Shown here: positions 1 to 9,512 of the stretch, piece after piece | Position numbering within the stretch: the first letter of the stretch is position 1 | Layout: each line of letters opens with the position of its first letter | Origin: Sulfolobales archaeon | GTDB taxonomy: Archaea > Thermoproteota > Thermoprotei_A > Sulfolobales > NBVN01 | Length of the DNA: 64,000 nucleotides | Reading direction: 5' to 3' | Assembly (NCBI GenBank): GCA_038832865.1 | Contig: JAWBJE010000004.1 | Span: forward strand, 14,217-78,216 | The notes under the pieces: model-generated | The model's database searches: none | Seen by the model: only the letters and a program-made list of their open reading frames with translations | What the model was told of the DNA's origin: nothing | Position numbers and translations under genes: made by a program

Positions 1-528
1 TTTAAGCATAGACCTACTCAAACCGTTTGTCAACGAGTTGCGCAACAGAGCCTCAGGTGTGAATACAGCTAGTGTAGCGTTGTCGAAGTTAACGTCGATA
101 GCCATAACGGTTCAAGTTCTCCTCGGTTCAACCGCTCTCCTGAAGTAGACCGATACGTAAACATTGTTTTCAACTACCTTCACAGCTATCTCGTAGTTAC
201 TCCAACCCCTGAACTTTTCTACTCTCTCAGTAGATGTCAGTAGTCTCAGCTTAACCTCCCTACCATTGTGTATCTTTAGGATAAGCGTCCTATTCTCTAG
301 GTCCAGCCTGTAGTCGTACCTATCTATCCTAGCTGTTAGTCTTCTGAGAACCGGTTTCTTTCCACCGCTCTGTTTACTAGCTCTAACAACTGCTTTAGCG
401 TAGGTATATACCTGCTTAACGTGGTGTGCTCTAAAACCGTGTTTTCTCAATTCGTTGTAGAACATCTTGTGTAGAGTCTTAATTGAAGGTACCTCGTTTA
501 AACTCCACAGGTTGTTCACTACAAGCAA
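1..528 (-). pseudogene. tnpB: IS200/IS605-family TnpB (OrfB)-like gene, 5' part; interrupted by an in-frame TGA (112-114) and cut by the window edge
   Basis: ORF 112..528 has an archaeal OrfB-like N-terminal pattern (RIDRYDYRLDLENRTLILKI...VKLRLL). Reading through the TGA in the same frame gives TVMAIDVNFDNATLAVF, a RuvC-I-like xIDxN motif, and the frame stays open to base 1. Confidence 0.55.
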
Positions 529-1037
529 TATCGGAAGGCTTTGAGGTTCTGACAGCTACCGATACTATAGGATACGTTGTAGACGCAAACATCGTGAGGA
601 ACGCTAAGAGCGACATATACTGGAGAATGCCGTTTAAGAGATATTTGAGAGCTGCGAGAAAGAAGGCTGTAGTTAAGTATATAGATGCTCTCGACATGCG
701 GAGGCTTGATGTATCGAAGCTAGCGTTCCTAAAGAGGTCACTTAAGTTTCTACTGAACACTCTCCTACTGATCGTCATGATATTGACTCCAGTTGCCTAC
801 GTATCTCATTTGAGCACGTTCTACGCTTTCCTCACTATTGACTTATTGAACATGATCTTCTACCCTCTACTTAAGAGAGTAAGAGGCTATCCACTCTTGA
901 TGGGGGTTCTCAACAGGTTCAAGTTCATGGCGTTCTCTTTCTTGATGATAGTTTGGAGCTATCATGCTTACAGAGAGCTAAAGAAAAGCTCGATTGCTTT
1001 TCGACGAAAAAGCTCTACCTTAAGGACGGCTTCATAA
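483..1037 (+). CDS. hypothetical small membrane protein (true start probably internal)
   Basis: The C-terminal half has three hydrophobic helices (LLLIVMILTPVAYV, FYAFLTIDLLNMIFYPLL, FMAFSFLMIVW). The 5' end overlaps the tnpB-like ORF antisense. No family recognised. Confidence 0.3.
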   Translation: MKVPRLNSTGCSLQAISEGFEVLTATDTIGYVVDANIVRNAKSDIYWRMPFKRYLRAARKKAVVKYIDALDMRRLDVSKLAFLKRSLKFLLNTLLLIVMILTPVAYVSHLSTFYAFLTIDLLNMIFYPLLKRVRGYPLLMGVLNRFKFMAFSFLMIVWSYHAYRELKKSSIAFRRKSSTLRTAS

Positions 1038-1191
1038 TGACGAAGCTTGACGCCAACACACCGCTACGATAGTACCGGTGTTCATAAGACTAACTTCCCT
1101 AGATGAGGTTTGAGTAGGTCCAGGGAGTTATTTGTGGGCTAACTACATGCGGATGTCCCGCTTTTCTCTAAGTTCGTGAATAGCTGGCTGC

Positions 1192-2538
1192 TTAACGCAT
1201 CACTACCTTCTCCGAGTACCTTAGTGCTCGCTCTATTAGCTCTAAGTAATTCCCTAGGTAATTCGCCGGATTCACCAGCTCCCTAATTTCGTCTGCTGTT
1301 AGGTATTTCGATAAAACTTCGTGATTTCTTAATGCTTGCTCGAGGGTTTCACCAGGCTTCATGGCTCTAGTTACCTCCATGAGCATTCTATGTGCTTCAT
1401 GCCTCGGGACGCCCTTCTGGACTAACCTAATCGTTACTGCCTCAGTCATAATGGCTCCCCTAGTTAAAGCCAGGTTGTTGAGCATGGCCTCCCTATCTAT
1501 GTTGAGGACTTTGATCAGCTTGTTCGCATCTTCAAGCATCTGGTCTACGACTAGGAACGCATGGGGGACGAGTATCCTCTCGGCACTACTGTTCGTTAAG
1601 TCTCTCTCGTGCATAAGTGGGATATTCTCTAGTGCGGCAACACACAGTGACCTAGCGATCCTCGCTAAACCAGAGATCCTCTCAGCTGTAACAGGGTTTC
1701 TCTTGTGTGGCATAGCACTACTCCCAACTCTAGCTTCAGATTCGTACATCTCCCCGATCTCCGTCCTCGAGAGCTCTCTTATCTCTAGCGCAAACCTATC
1801 CAACTGCGATGCGAGTATAGCTAGTGCTGTGAACAACTCGGCGAACCCATCCCTCGGAGCTACCTGAGTAGTTATAGGGTGGGGCTCTAAGCCTAGGTAT
1901 CTGGAGGCGGCTTCTTCGACAATCAGCCCCCTTCCTAGCCAGCCGGCCATAGTACCAACAGCTCCCGAGATTTTGGACCTGACTACTCTCTTCTCGATCT
2001 CAACGAGGCGCTCATAGCTTCTGGAGAGCTCGTAGACGTAGTTAGCGAACTTGAACCCGACTGTAATGGGTAGTGCGTGCTGCCCGTGGGTCCTACCCAC
2101 CATCAGGTCCTCTTTATGGTCTCGGGCTAGCTTGGAGAGCTTCTCTATGAGCCCCCTTAGCTTAGTCCTCAATATGCCGAGGGCGTCCCTAATTATTAGG
2201 GCCCAGGCCGTGTCCACAACATCATAGCTAGTAGCACCTAAGTGCACGTACTTACCGCACTCACCGCAGCTTTCGCCTAGCATGTAGGCTAGAGAAGCTA
2301 TGTCATGACCCAGAGAAGCCTCTCTCTTATAGACCTCACCAGGGTCTAGCTTGCTTGAGCATTCGCGTATCGCATCAGCGCAACCGCGGGGAGCTAGTCC
2401 AGCCTCCTCTAGACCTACCATAATCGCTATCTCTACATCAACGTACCTTCTAACTATACTCTCGACCCTGAAAAGCCTCCTCATCTCCTCTGAGCCGTAC
2501 CTCCAGTCTAAAGGGCAGACGTAGTCCAGCTCGCTCAA
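1192..2538 (-). CDS. purB: adenylosuccinate lyase
   Basis: 448 aa with the fumarate-lyase signature GSSAMPHKRNP. The N-terminus (PLDWRYGSEEMRRLF) and length are typical of archaeal PurB. Confidence 0.93.
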   Translation of the reverse strand: MSELDYVCPLDWRYGSEEMRRLFRVESIVRRYVDVEIAIMVGLEEAGLAPRGCADAIRECSSKLDPGEVYKREASLGHDIASLAYMLGESCGECGKYVHLGATSYDVVDTAWALIIRDALGILRTKLRGLIEKLSKLARDHKEDLMVGRTHGQHALPITVGFKFANYVYELSRSYERLVEIEKRVVRSKISGAVGTMAGWLGRGLIVEEAASRYLGLEPHPITTQVAPRDGFAELFTALAILASQLDRFALEIRELSRTEIGEMYESEARVGSSAMPHKRNPVTAERISGLARIARSLCVAALENIPLMHERDLTNSSAERILVPHAFLVVDQMLEDANKLIKVLNIDREAMLNNLALTRGAIMTEAVTIRLVQKGVPRHEAHRMLMEVTRAMKPGETLEQALRNHEVLSKYLTADEIRELVNPANYLGNYLELIERALRYSEKVVMR

Positions 2539-2665
2539 CTCTAACCCCAGAATGGAGCATTAAACCGAAATATCAGCTCGTTCTCAACCTAAGCTCTAGA
2601 CGATAAACCCCCGCGGCCGTACGTCTATCCCCGCTAAACTTCAGCGGTGATGAAGGCTGGAGGCG

Positions 2666-3127
2666 TCACCCCAGTTCCGGGAGTCCTTTGGGACAGTCTC
2701 TAAGCGCTATCCTTTCCTCACAGCTTTCTGAGTAGGGTCTGATTCGCCCGTAGTTCCTCTCGAAGACTAAGTCCGGATTGAGCTTCCTTAGGACGTATCT
2801 GCACACCGGCTCCGAAACTTCTCGACACACGTACCTGGTGTCGAGACCTCTCTTTAACGCTAGAGAGAGTATTGGGCAGGGGTTTCGACATCTGGTTACC
2901 ACCTCACACTCACTCACTCTGACCACCTCGACATGTTCTCTCTGAAGCCTCAGGAAGTCCATATAGAAGGTGTTAACCACATCACCTATCGATACGACTC
3001 TCCGAGCTCTCATCAGCCATAGTCGCGCATAAGCGAAGAACAGACCTCTAGCCATAGACATGATCACTCTATCCAATAGCCTAGGCTTCCTACTATAGCC
3101 TTCTTTCACTTTACTGCGCACCACCAT
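2666..3127 (-). CDS. hypothetical Cys-containing protein (possibly ATC-hydrolase-like fold)
   Basis: 153-aa ORF in a gap between real genes, with scattered Cys (CEVVTRCRNPCP, VCREVSEPVC, CEERIALRDC). Family assignment is uncertain. Confidence 0.45.
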   Translation of the reverse strand: MVVRSKVKEGYSRKPRLLDRVIMSMARGLFFAYARLWLMRARRVVSIGDVVNTFYMDFLRLQREHVEVVRVSECEVVTRCRNPCPILSLALKRGLDTRYVCREVSEPVCRYVLRKLNPDLVFERNYGRIRPYSESCEERIALRDCPKGLPELG

Positions 3128-3181
3128 GGCATTAGCCTAGGGGAGTTGACCTGCTTCTCTTAGCTGGCAAAAGCGTTCGCG

Positions 3182-3664
3182 CTAGCGCCCGTTTTTGATT
3201 CTAAGCATCTCCACGAGGTGGTTCGGCCAAGGAGCCAGGGTGTACTTTTTCAGCCACTCCTCGTCGAAGCTCTCTTCTTTAAGCTTGCTTATAATGCTAT
3301 CGATAACTTCACGCGGAATCTTTCCAGTAGAAGCCGCCGGGCAGTCCAAGTCTAGGTAAACCACTCTCTCTCCGGTGGTGAAGTCGTAGTAGACCATTAC
3401 GGGCCACAGCCTGCAGTCAAGAGGTCTCCTAGAGTATATGGAGCATAACCCCGACTCATCTAGGTAAGGACATGGGTAACCGTTTCTGGAGCCTATCGCT
3501 CTAACCGACCCGAAGGCCGTTTTGACCTCGAAACTGCTATCCTTAAAGTCTTCCTCCTCCTCAGGGAGGAGGACTGCGTAGAACCTTTTACAGCAGTTTT
3601 CGTTACACTTAGAGCATATATCCCCAAAGTTTACGAACGCAAACCTGTCGGACTTTCTACCCAT
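3182..3664 (-). CDS. YkgJ-family (UPF0153) cysteine-cluster protein
   Basis: Has the N-terminal CxxCxxxCC cluster (CSKCNENCC) and downstream CPYL...GLCSIY...RPLDCRLWP, the characteristic layout of this family. Confidence 0.7.
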   Translation of the reverse strand: MGRKSDRFAFVNFGDICSKCNENCCKRFYAVLLPEEEEDFKDSSFEVKTAFGSVRAIGSRNGYPCPYLDESGLCSIYSRRPLDCRLWPVMVYYDFTTGERVVYLDLDCPAASTGKIPREVIDSIISKLKEESFDEEWLKKYTLAPWPNHLVEMLRIKNGR

Positions 3665-3743
3665 ATAGGGTCTAGCCCTTATCCAAGTAGACTACTTATG
3701 GCAAAAGGTATTTAAGTAGCGGCGCTATCGCATCGGCGGGCTG

Positions 3744-4961
3744 CTATCTAACCGGAACCTCCGGTGCAGACCTTCTAGCTAGGACTGATGCGATCACTCT
3801 ACCGAGAGTAGAGGCTATAAAGACCGAGTTCATCGCTAGTAGGCTCACTGAGGCTACGGAAGCACCAACCCTTGAGGCCACGGAAGCGAGCGTATTGACG
3901 GAGACGTTCAGTGTCGCTATGAAGTAGACCCTCAGTACCCTCTTCGGCAGGTAGAGGGTGTAGATGCTGTTAGCGAGGTTGTACGCAGCCCATACGAACC
4001 CTGAGTAAACCTCTAGAGCTATCTGCCCCGGAAGGCTGGGTAAGAAGATGAAGGCTGTTGGAATAGGTGACGTTAGCGCTATACCGACGTAGAGAGTCTT
4101 TTTAAGTCCTAGCCTCCTCGAAACCCTACTCCAGACTCTGAACCCTGCTGATTGGCTTAGGTTCGCTGCTATGGCCTTCATCGTCACCCACGTCTCGTTG
4201 CCCCCGAGCACGTTGAGCAGGTAGTAGTTCCACAGCGCTCCGGGCAGGTTGACGATGAAGGTAAACAGCGCGGCAACCTTAATGTAGGAAGTACAACTAC
4301 TACTTCTAGTCACGTCAGTAAAATCCTTCACTAGATCCCTAATAGACGTTCTCGAAGCCGGTGGATCGACGTCCTTCAGCATCAGCAAAAACCCGGACGA
4401 TATAGCGGAAAACGCTAGAGATGTGGAGTATGTAGCAACATATCCCTCTTCCTCAGGTAGCAAGTTGAAGAAAACCGTTGCTACAACTAGACCTAAGCTG
4501 TTAGCCACCAGGTTTGTAGAGTTAAGAGAGCTAAAGAACTTAACGGCCCTCTCCCTACCCACCAAGTCAGCACCAACGTCACCGGAAGCTACTGCGGCAA
4601 TAGAGCCGGAGAGTTGGGCTGTGGCTATAGCTGTTAAGAACGCCCAGGCTCTGTGCTCAGAAGGCAGGTTGTGAGAGAAACCCGTTAAAGCCCAAAGGCA
4701 CCTATTCAGGAGGCCCATGGCTTTCCAAAACAGTATCCGCCTATTTCTAAACACTGAGACAACTATCGATCCAAGCAAGTAGCCAACTCCGAGAGTGCCG
4801 AGGTGAACGAGTACCATAGTGCCAAGCAACTCTAGGTCGAACTTTAGTACCTTAATCGCGTATGCTTGAGCAATAGTAGTCGACATACTCATCGAGAAGT
4901 TGTATGTAGCTGCCTCCGCCCTCCAGAGAGCCAGTAGTCTAGACCTCTCGTATTCAGACAA
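3744..4961 (-). CDS. polytopic membrane transporter, MFS-like
   Basis: 405 aa, about 10-12 hydrophobic segments, no soluble domain. Substrate unknown. Confidence 0.55.
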   Translation of the reverse strand: MSEYERSRLLALWRAEAATYNFSMSMSTTIAQAYAIKVLKFDLELLGTMVLVHLGTLGVGYLLGSIVVSVFRNRRILFWKAMGLLNRCLWALTGFSHNLPSEHRAWAFLTAIATAQLSGSIAAVASGDVGADLVGRERAVKFFSSLNSTNLVANSLGLVVATVFFNLLPEEEGYVATYSTSLAFSAISSGFLLMLKDVDPPASRTSIRDLVKDFTDVTRSSSCTSYIKVAALFTFIVNLPGALWNYYLLNVLGGNETWVTMKAIAANLSQSAGFRVWSRVSRRLGLKKTLYVGIALTSPIPTAFIFLPSLPGQIALEVYSGFVWAAYNLANSIYTLYLPKRVLRVYFIATLNVSVNTLASVASRVGASVASVSLLAMNSVFIASTLGRVIASVLARRSAPEVPVR

Positions 4962-4980
4962 CTACTCAGACACCGTAGCA

Positions 4981-5745
4981 CTAAAACTCTACATCTATAT
5001 TTGGGTCTTTTGACTTAAGCTCTAGGACGACTCTCTCAAATACTGACTCGGTTTTACCGATGTTCATGATGTCCAAAATGGCGTCAAAAACGTAGTAGAA
5101 GTCTGTGACAGACCTTAGAGACAGTGAAGGCTCCGACATTAAGTCCTCCCTGACGGCACTAAGAGATGAAACAACTATCTCGCGCGCCTTAGACATGTCG
5201 TAAGATTTAGGAACTTTAACAGTCAGTCTGAGGGATAGTCCGTAAGCGCTCATTCTGTTGACAACCGTTGTGTGAGAGATCTTAGAGTAAGGAACGTAAA
5301 CCCTCTCCCTCCTCAGCGTCTCTAAGACTACACCTAGAGAACCCATCTTCATTACTCTTCCCTGGATTCCGTCTATTTCTATCCAGTCGCCCTCTCTGAA
5401 CGCCTTGATGTTTCTTACGTAAAGCTCTGAGCCCACGTTTCTCAAGACGTCCGAGAACATGACTATGATCCCGATTCCAACAGTCAGAAGTAGAGCAACA
5501 AAAACTTGAGGTTCAGCTGCTATAAAGCTTATGGCCATGAGTACTGCTATAGCATATATGATAGCCTTAAAGAACATCACGAATCTCTCTACGAACTCGT
5601 GTTCCTCTGTTTTGACTATAAGTGAAACGGCTTTATCGACGTACTTATTCACTATGTATGCTATCAAGACCACTATAGCAGCCTGTAGTACTCTAGCTAG
5701 GTATACTCCAACCCATCCGGCAAGAACCTCTAGCCAGGACGGCAT
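4981..5745 (-). CDS. small-conductance mechanosensitive channel (MscS family)
   Basis: Three N-terminal TM helices followed by the MscS beta-domain pattern (FREGDWIEIDGIQGRVMKMGSLGVVLETLRRERVYVPYSKI). Confidence 0.8.
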   Translation of the reverse strand: MPSWLEVLAGWVGVYLARVLQAAIVVLIAYIVNKYVDKAVSLIVKTEEHEFVERFVMFFKAIIYAIAVLMAISFIAAEPQVFVALLLTVGIGIIVMFSDVLRNVGSELYVRNIKAFREGDWIEIDGIQGRVMKMGSLGVVLETLRRERVYVPYSKISHTTVVNRMSAYGLSLRLTVKVPKSYDMSKAREIVVSSLSAVREDLMSEPSLSLRSVTDFYYVFDAILDIMNIGKTESVFERVVLELKSKDPNIDVEF

Positions 5746-5756
5746 CTGTAATCACC

Positions 5757-6473
5757 TTATCCAGGAGGCCTTCTTGACTCTAGTGCTGTATAAACCCTTT
5801 CGGCTAGCATAAAAAGCTTGTTTAATCTTTCGACTGCTGACCGGAGGTCTCGGTCGGTTGGTGACGCCACGACGATCAGGTCTCCCTCGGCTATGAGGTA
5901 GTCGCTAGACGTAATGTAGCTACCGTCTTTATCGTAAAGAGCTACAAGCCCTCTAACACTACTTACCTCACTAGTGATATCTCGAAGCGATATGCCAAGC
6001 CTCGCCCTCCTAAAGACCCTGTACGCCTTAATATTTATGTTTGCGAAAGAGCGTACGGGTATCTCTACCCAAGTGTCTAAACCTATTATAGAGCCTAGAG
6101 CACTCTCGACGAACTGTCCTACGTGGATCAAGAAGCTAAAGCCGCAGTCTGCATAGACTCTAGAAGCCTCTGCGGTTGCCGTAAAAGCTATTACTAGCGG
6201 GACTCCACCGCGCTTTAGATTCCTACCTAGCTCACAGGAGTTACTCGCGGACTCAAGCTGCACTATAGCTACATCGACTAGCTTGAAGTCTATTTTGCTG
6301 CTCAGCGATTCAGCTCCCTCTAAAACTTGGTCGACATTCAGCGAAGAGGCCTGTTCTACAACTTCCTTATTCGTTGCTAGTATAGTTATATGCGCCTTAC
6401 TATCGTATTTGAGTACGGCATTCACCAGAAGGAGTAAAGCGAGCTTATCACCTACTATTATTAGGTACCTCAT
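5757..6473 (-). CDS. RCK-type (TrkA-N/TrkA-C-like) regulatory domain protein
   Basis: C-terminal RCK_C pattern (LGISLRDI...GLVALYDKDGSYITSSDYLIAEGDLIVVASPTD). The N-terminal Rossmann-like part has a degenerate GxGxxG. It lies directly upstream of the MscS gene on the same strand. Confidence 0.55.
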   Translation of the reverse strand: MRYLIIVGDKLALLLLVNAVLKYDSKAHITILATNKEVVEQASSLNVDQVLEGAESLSSKIDFKLVDVAIVQLESASNSCELGRNLKRGGVPLVIAFTATAEASRVYADCGFSFLIHVGQFVESALGSIIGLDTWVEIPVRSFANINIKAYRVFRRARLGISLRDITSEVSSVRGLVALYDKDGSYITSSDYLIAEGDLIVVASPTDRDLRSAVERLNKLFMLAERVYTALESRRPPG

Positions 6474-6554
6474 ACCTATCTAGTACAATATCTGAAGGTA
6501 GCTTATATCTACAGTAAGTTTAAATCTCGTACTATAATACGGTAGGGTATCTAA

Positions 6555-7340
6555 ATGGGGAGACTAGGTATCGAGGGTTATAGGGTACTTATTACAGCCT
6601 CAACTCGTGGCATCGGCAGGGGAATAGCGGAAGTACTGCTCGAAGAGGGTGCTAGAGTCTTTATATGTGGAAGATCTAGAGAGTCTGTTGATAGAGCGGT
6701 ATCTGAGTTAAAACCTCTTGGGGAAGTTTACGGCTCTCCAGCAGACATTACAGTAAGAGAGCAGGCCGAAGGCATTGTAGATAAAGCATGCGAGGTACTA
6801 GGTGGTCTAGATGGACTAGTCTACGTTACTGGTCCACCTAGACCCGGGACGTTCATGGAGCTCGATTTAAGCGACTGGGACTACGGAGTCAAGCTACTCG
6901 TTTTAAGTGCTATATGGATAACTAGAAAGGCTATACCCTACGTAGAGAGGTCCGGAAGGGGTTCACTAGTTTATCTGACTAGTACCGCAGTTAAGGAACC
7001 CATACACAACCTAGCCCTTTCTAACGTACTTAGAGTATCGATACACAACCTAGTGAAAACTCTCTCGAGGGAGCTAGGTCCTAGAGGCATTCGTGTAAAC
7101 GCTGTCGCCCCTGGCTATATCTACACCGAGAGAACACTGCAGGTAGCGAGAGACCAGTCCGCAAGAACGGGTAAGAGCGTTGATGAGATAATTAGTGAGT
7201 GGGCTAACGACGTACCGCTTAAGAGGCTGGGTACAACTAGGGAAGTAGGTTATGCTGTGGCCTTCCTGTTGAGCCCTCTAGCTTCATATATATCCGGGGT
7301 AGTCCTACCAGTAGACGGTGGCCGTCTAAGGTCTCTCTAG
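6555..7340 (+). CDS. short-chain dehydrogenase/reductase (SDR) family oxidoreductase
   Basis: TASTRGIGRGIA cofactor motif, 261 aa, and C-terminal GVVLPVDGG, which is typical of classical SDRs. Confidence 0.88.
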   Translation: MGRLGIEGYRVLITASTRGIGRGIAEVLLEEGARVFICGRSRESVDRAVSELKPLGEVYGSPADITVREQAEGIVDKACEVLGGLDGLVYVTGPPRPGTFMELDLSDWDYGVKLLVLSAIWITRKAIPYVERSGRGSLVYLTSTAVKEPIHNLALSNVLRVSIHNLVKTLSRELGPRGIRVNAVAPGYIYTERTLQVARDQSARTGKSVDEIISEWANDVPLKRLGTTREVGYAVAFLLSPLASYISGVVLPVDGGRLRSL

Positions 7341-7346
7341 CAATAG

Positions 7347-8051
7347 GTGCTGTATTTGACGGCCAATAGGCTAGAGAGGCTTTTTCGAACGAACAGCTCG
7401 GTAAAGCTCTCAGCGTACGTGTTGCTTGCTGACGGTCTTTTCTCTCTATCTTCAGAATACGGGTGCGAGACATACGGAGACGTCGGAGATAATGAAGTGA
7501 GGGTTTACTATAGTAAATGCTCCCTAGGTCAGAACCTCTTCGAGCTTGAAGAACTGATGGAGAGAGGTGTAGCAGTCCATTTCATCAATGGGGTAAACGG
7601 TAATAGCCCCGAAAAACTACTGGAGGAAGCAAGCAGATATGCACTCGAAGTAGCAGGCGAACTAAAGTACTACTCATACTTAACTTCGCGGTCAAGAGTG
7701 GAGTACAGTCTCTTAGTGATGAAGTCTGGTGATGTGTATATAGCTGAGGGAGAAGTAGACAGGGTTTCACTACCTTACGTAAGCGATGTAATTCTTGAAG
7801 CACATACTCACCCGATTTCTTGTACTCCCTCCGGGAGAGATGTCGTTACTACCATGGTGAGATTTATGGAGGGATTATATGCGTCAGCTGTAGTTGGTCC
7901 TAGTTGCGTATTTCTGGTATACAGAGTTAGACCTCTTACTGAAGAGGACTTAGTAGCTATCAGAAGGCTCCCGGAGCTATTAGAGAGACGGAGACCCTGG
8001 GCAGGAACGATGAGTCTTGGGAGGATGAAGGTCTTGTTAGTACCATACTGA
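7347..8051 (+). CDS. hypothetical protein with C-terminal JAMM/MPN+-like metal motif
   Basis: EAHTHPISCTPSGRD (codons at 7803-7841) resembles the JAMM signature HxHx(6-7)Sx2D. The N-terminal ~140 aa are unrecognised. Confidence 0.5.
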   Translation: MLYLTANRLERLFRTNSSVKLSAYVLLADGLFSLSSEYGCETYGDVGDNEVRVYYSKCSLGQNLFELEELMERGVAVHFINGVNGNSPEKLLEEASRYALEVAGELKYYSYLTSRSRVEYSLLVMKSGDVYIAEGEVDRVSLPYVSDVILEAHTHPISCTPSGRDVVTTMVRFMEGLYASAVVGPSCVFLVYRVRPLTEEDLVAIRRLPELLERRRPWAGTMSLGRMKVLLVPY

Positions 8052-8303
8052 ACTGTACTCACCTTACGTAACTAAGTAAATGAGCGCATGCGGAGTTTCT
8101 TGAAGAGAAGCTTCAGATAAACCCTGCCGTCATCACGCTTCAGCGATCGAGGACTTCATCAACTAGTAGTTTAGCAATCTTACTCTTACTCTGCTAACAA
8201 GTAGTGACTACAGGACTTTTAAACAGACCTCGAATGGTTTCGCCTCGGTTCCCCGGTTTAATATGCGTGAGGGTTAGAGAAAGCGGGTGGTGGAGTACGT
8301 AAA

Positions 8304-9512
8304 CTATCCTGTTGCTCTCGAGACTATGTACTCTATAGTCCTCTTTACTATCTCCATTATCTGGTGCGGTAGCTTGGGTTCTTCAATGCTTAAGAAGCCC
8401 TTGATTATGGCCGCGCGAGCTTCCTCCTCAGAAAATCCCTTGCTCATGAGGTAGCTTATTTGGTCCTCGCTTATCTTACCTATGGCTGCTTCGTGAGTTA
8501 GAACTGCCTCCGGGCTCGACGAGCTTATTTCGGGCAACGACTCGATTATTGCGTTTGGACCATCAACAAGTCCTAAACACTCTATGTGCCCTCTCGATGG
8601 ACCAACAGTACCCTCGATTCGGGACCTAGCGTATATCGCCGAGTTCTCTCTACCGAGGTTTCTCGATAGTATCTCACCGGAGGACTCCCTACCCTTTAGG
8701 ATTATAGCAGAACCCACGTCGTATATGCTGCTACCGGTGCCTACGACCACCGAGTTTAGCGTGGCCTTAGCTCCATCTCGTAAGTACACTCTCGGGTAGG
8801 TTTGAAGAGACTCGACTGGCGAATAGATCACGTAGTAACTGACGTACTCGCCTCCCTCGCGAACATCTACAGCCGTCCTGGGTCTCACCACCATGTCTGG
8901 GGCCCAGGCGTGTATCATGGTGTATGTAAGCTTAGCTCCCCTTCCCACGTAAAACTCGGAGATCCCCACGTGGAGGGACTTCATCGGCTGATCTGGTACT
9001 CCGCAACCGGTGACCAAGTTCAATTCAGCACCTTCGTCGACAACGACGATATTGTGAAGTAGTTGAGCGTAGTTCCTCCTAGTTATAAAAAGGCACGTAT
9101 ATATAGGTTCTCTAACCTTAGTGCCTGGAGGTACGTAGATGAAGAACCCGGACTCCCTACCGTATAGGTAAGATGCTGCTGTGTACTTATCTACGGTCGG
9201 CTCTATCAGTTTCCACGAGTAAGAAGTTACCCAGTCGAGCTTCCTTAGGGCTTCGTAAGTAGGTAAGACTACGGCACCGTACTTAACCAGCTTTTCGCTC
9301 ATTACCTTAGCAACTATCGACTCGTTAACCTGGAGGTAGTCGACTCTCCTAGATATCTGGCTACCAAAACCGAGCCTATCGGTCATGCTTTCAACAGTTC
9401 TCTCATCGACAGGCTCAGGAACCTGGCTACCTATATCGAACCTACTCAAATCGACATCAGGACCGTAAGGCGAGGGTCTAGTGAGCGCCTTTAGCACTTC
9501 GTCTCGGTTCAA
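8304..9512 (-). CDS. Fe-S cluster assembly protein, SufB/SufD family
   Basis: 402 aa with the beta-helix-type SufBD repeat region. Its start overlaps the stop of the upstream SufC gene by 4 nt. Confidence 0.82.
   Translation of the reverse strand: MNRDEVLKALTRPSPYGPDVDLSRFDIGSQVPEPVDERTVESMTDRLGFGSQISRRVDYLQVNESIVAKVMSEKLVKYGAVVLPTYEALRKLDWVTSYSWKLIEPTVDKYTAASYLYGRESGFFIYVPPGTKVREPIYTCLFITRRNYAQLLHNIVVVDEGAELNLVTGCGVPDQPMKSLHVGISEFYVGRGAKLTYTMIHAWAPDMVVRPRTAVDVREGGEYVSYYVIYSPVESLQTYPRVYLRDGAKATLNSVVVGTGSSIYDVGSAIILKGRESSGEILSRNLGRENSAIYARSRIEGTVGPSRGHIECLGLVDGPNAIIESLPEISSSSPEAVLTHEAAIGKISEDQISYLMSKGFSEEEARAAIIKGFLSIEEPKLPHQIMEIVKRTIEYIVSRATG

Noticed and set aside
11-1120. A 14-bp inverted repeat: GACCTACTCAAACC at 11-24 and GGTTTGAGTAGGTC at 1107-1120.
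   Set aside because: The left copy lies inside the tnpB-like coding sequence, not at an element end. A single 14-mer match across a 64-kb window is within chance expectation.
8113-8136. A C/D-box-like arrangement on the minus strand: GUGAUGA, a 13-nt spacer, then CUGA.
   Set aside because: No C' box and no terminal D box within a plausible distance. There is also no terminal stem, so the sRNA signature is incomplete.
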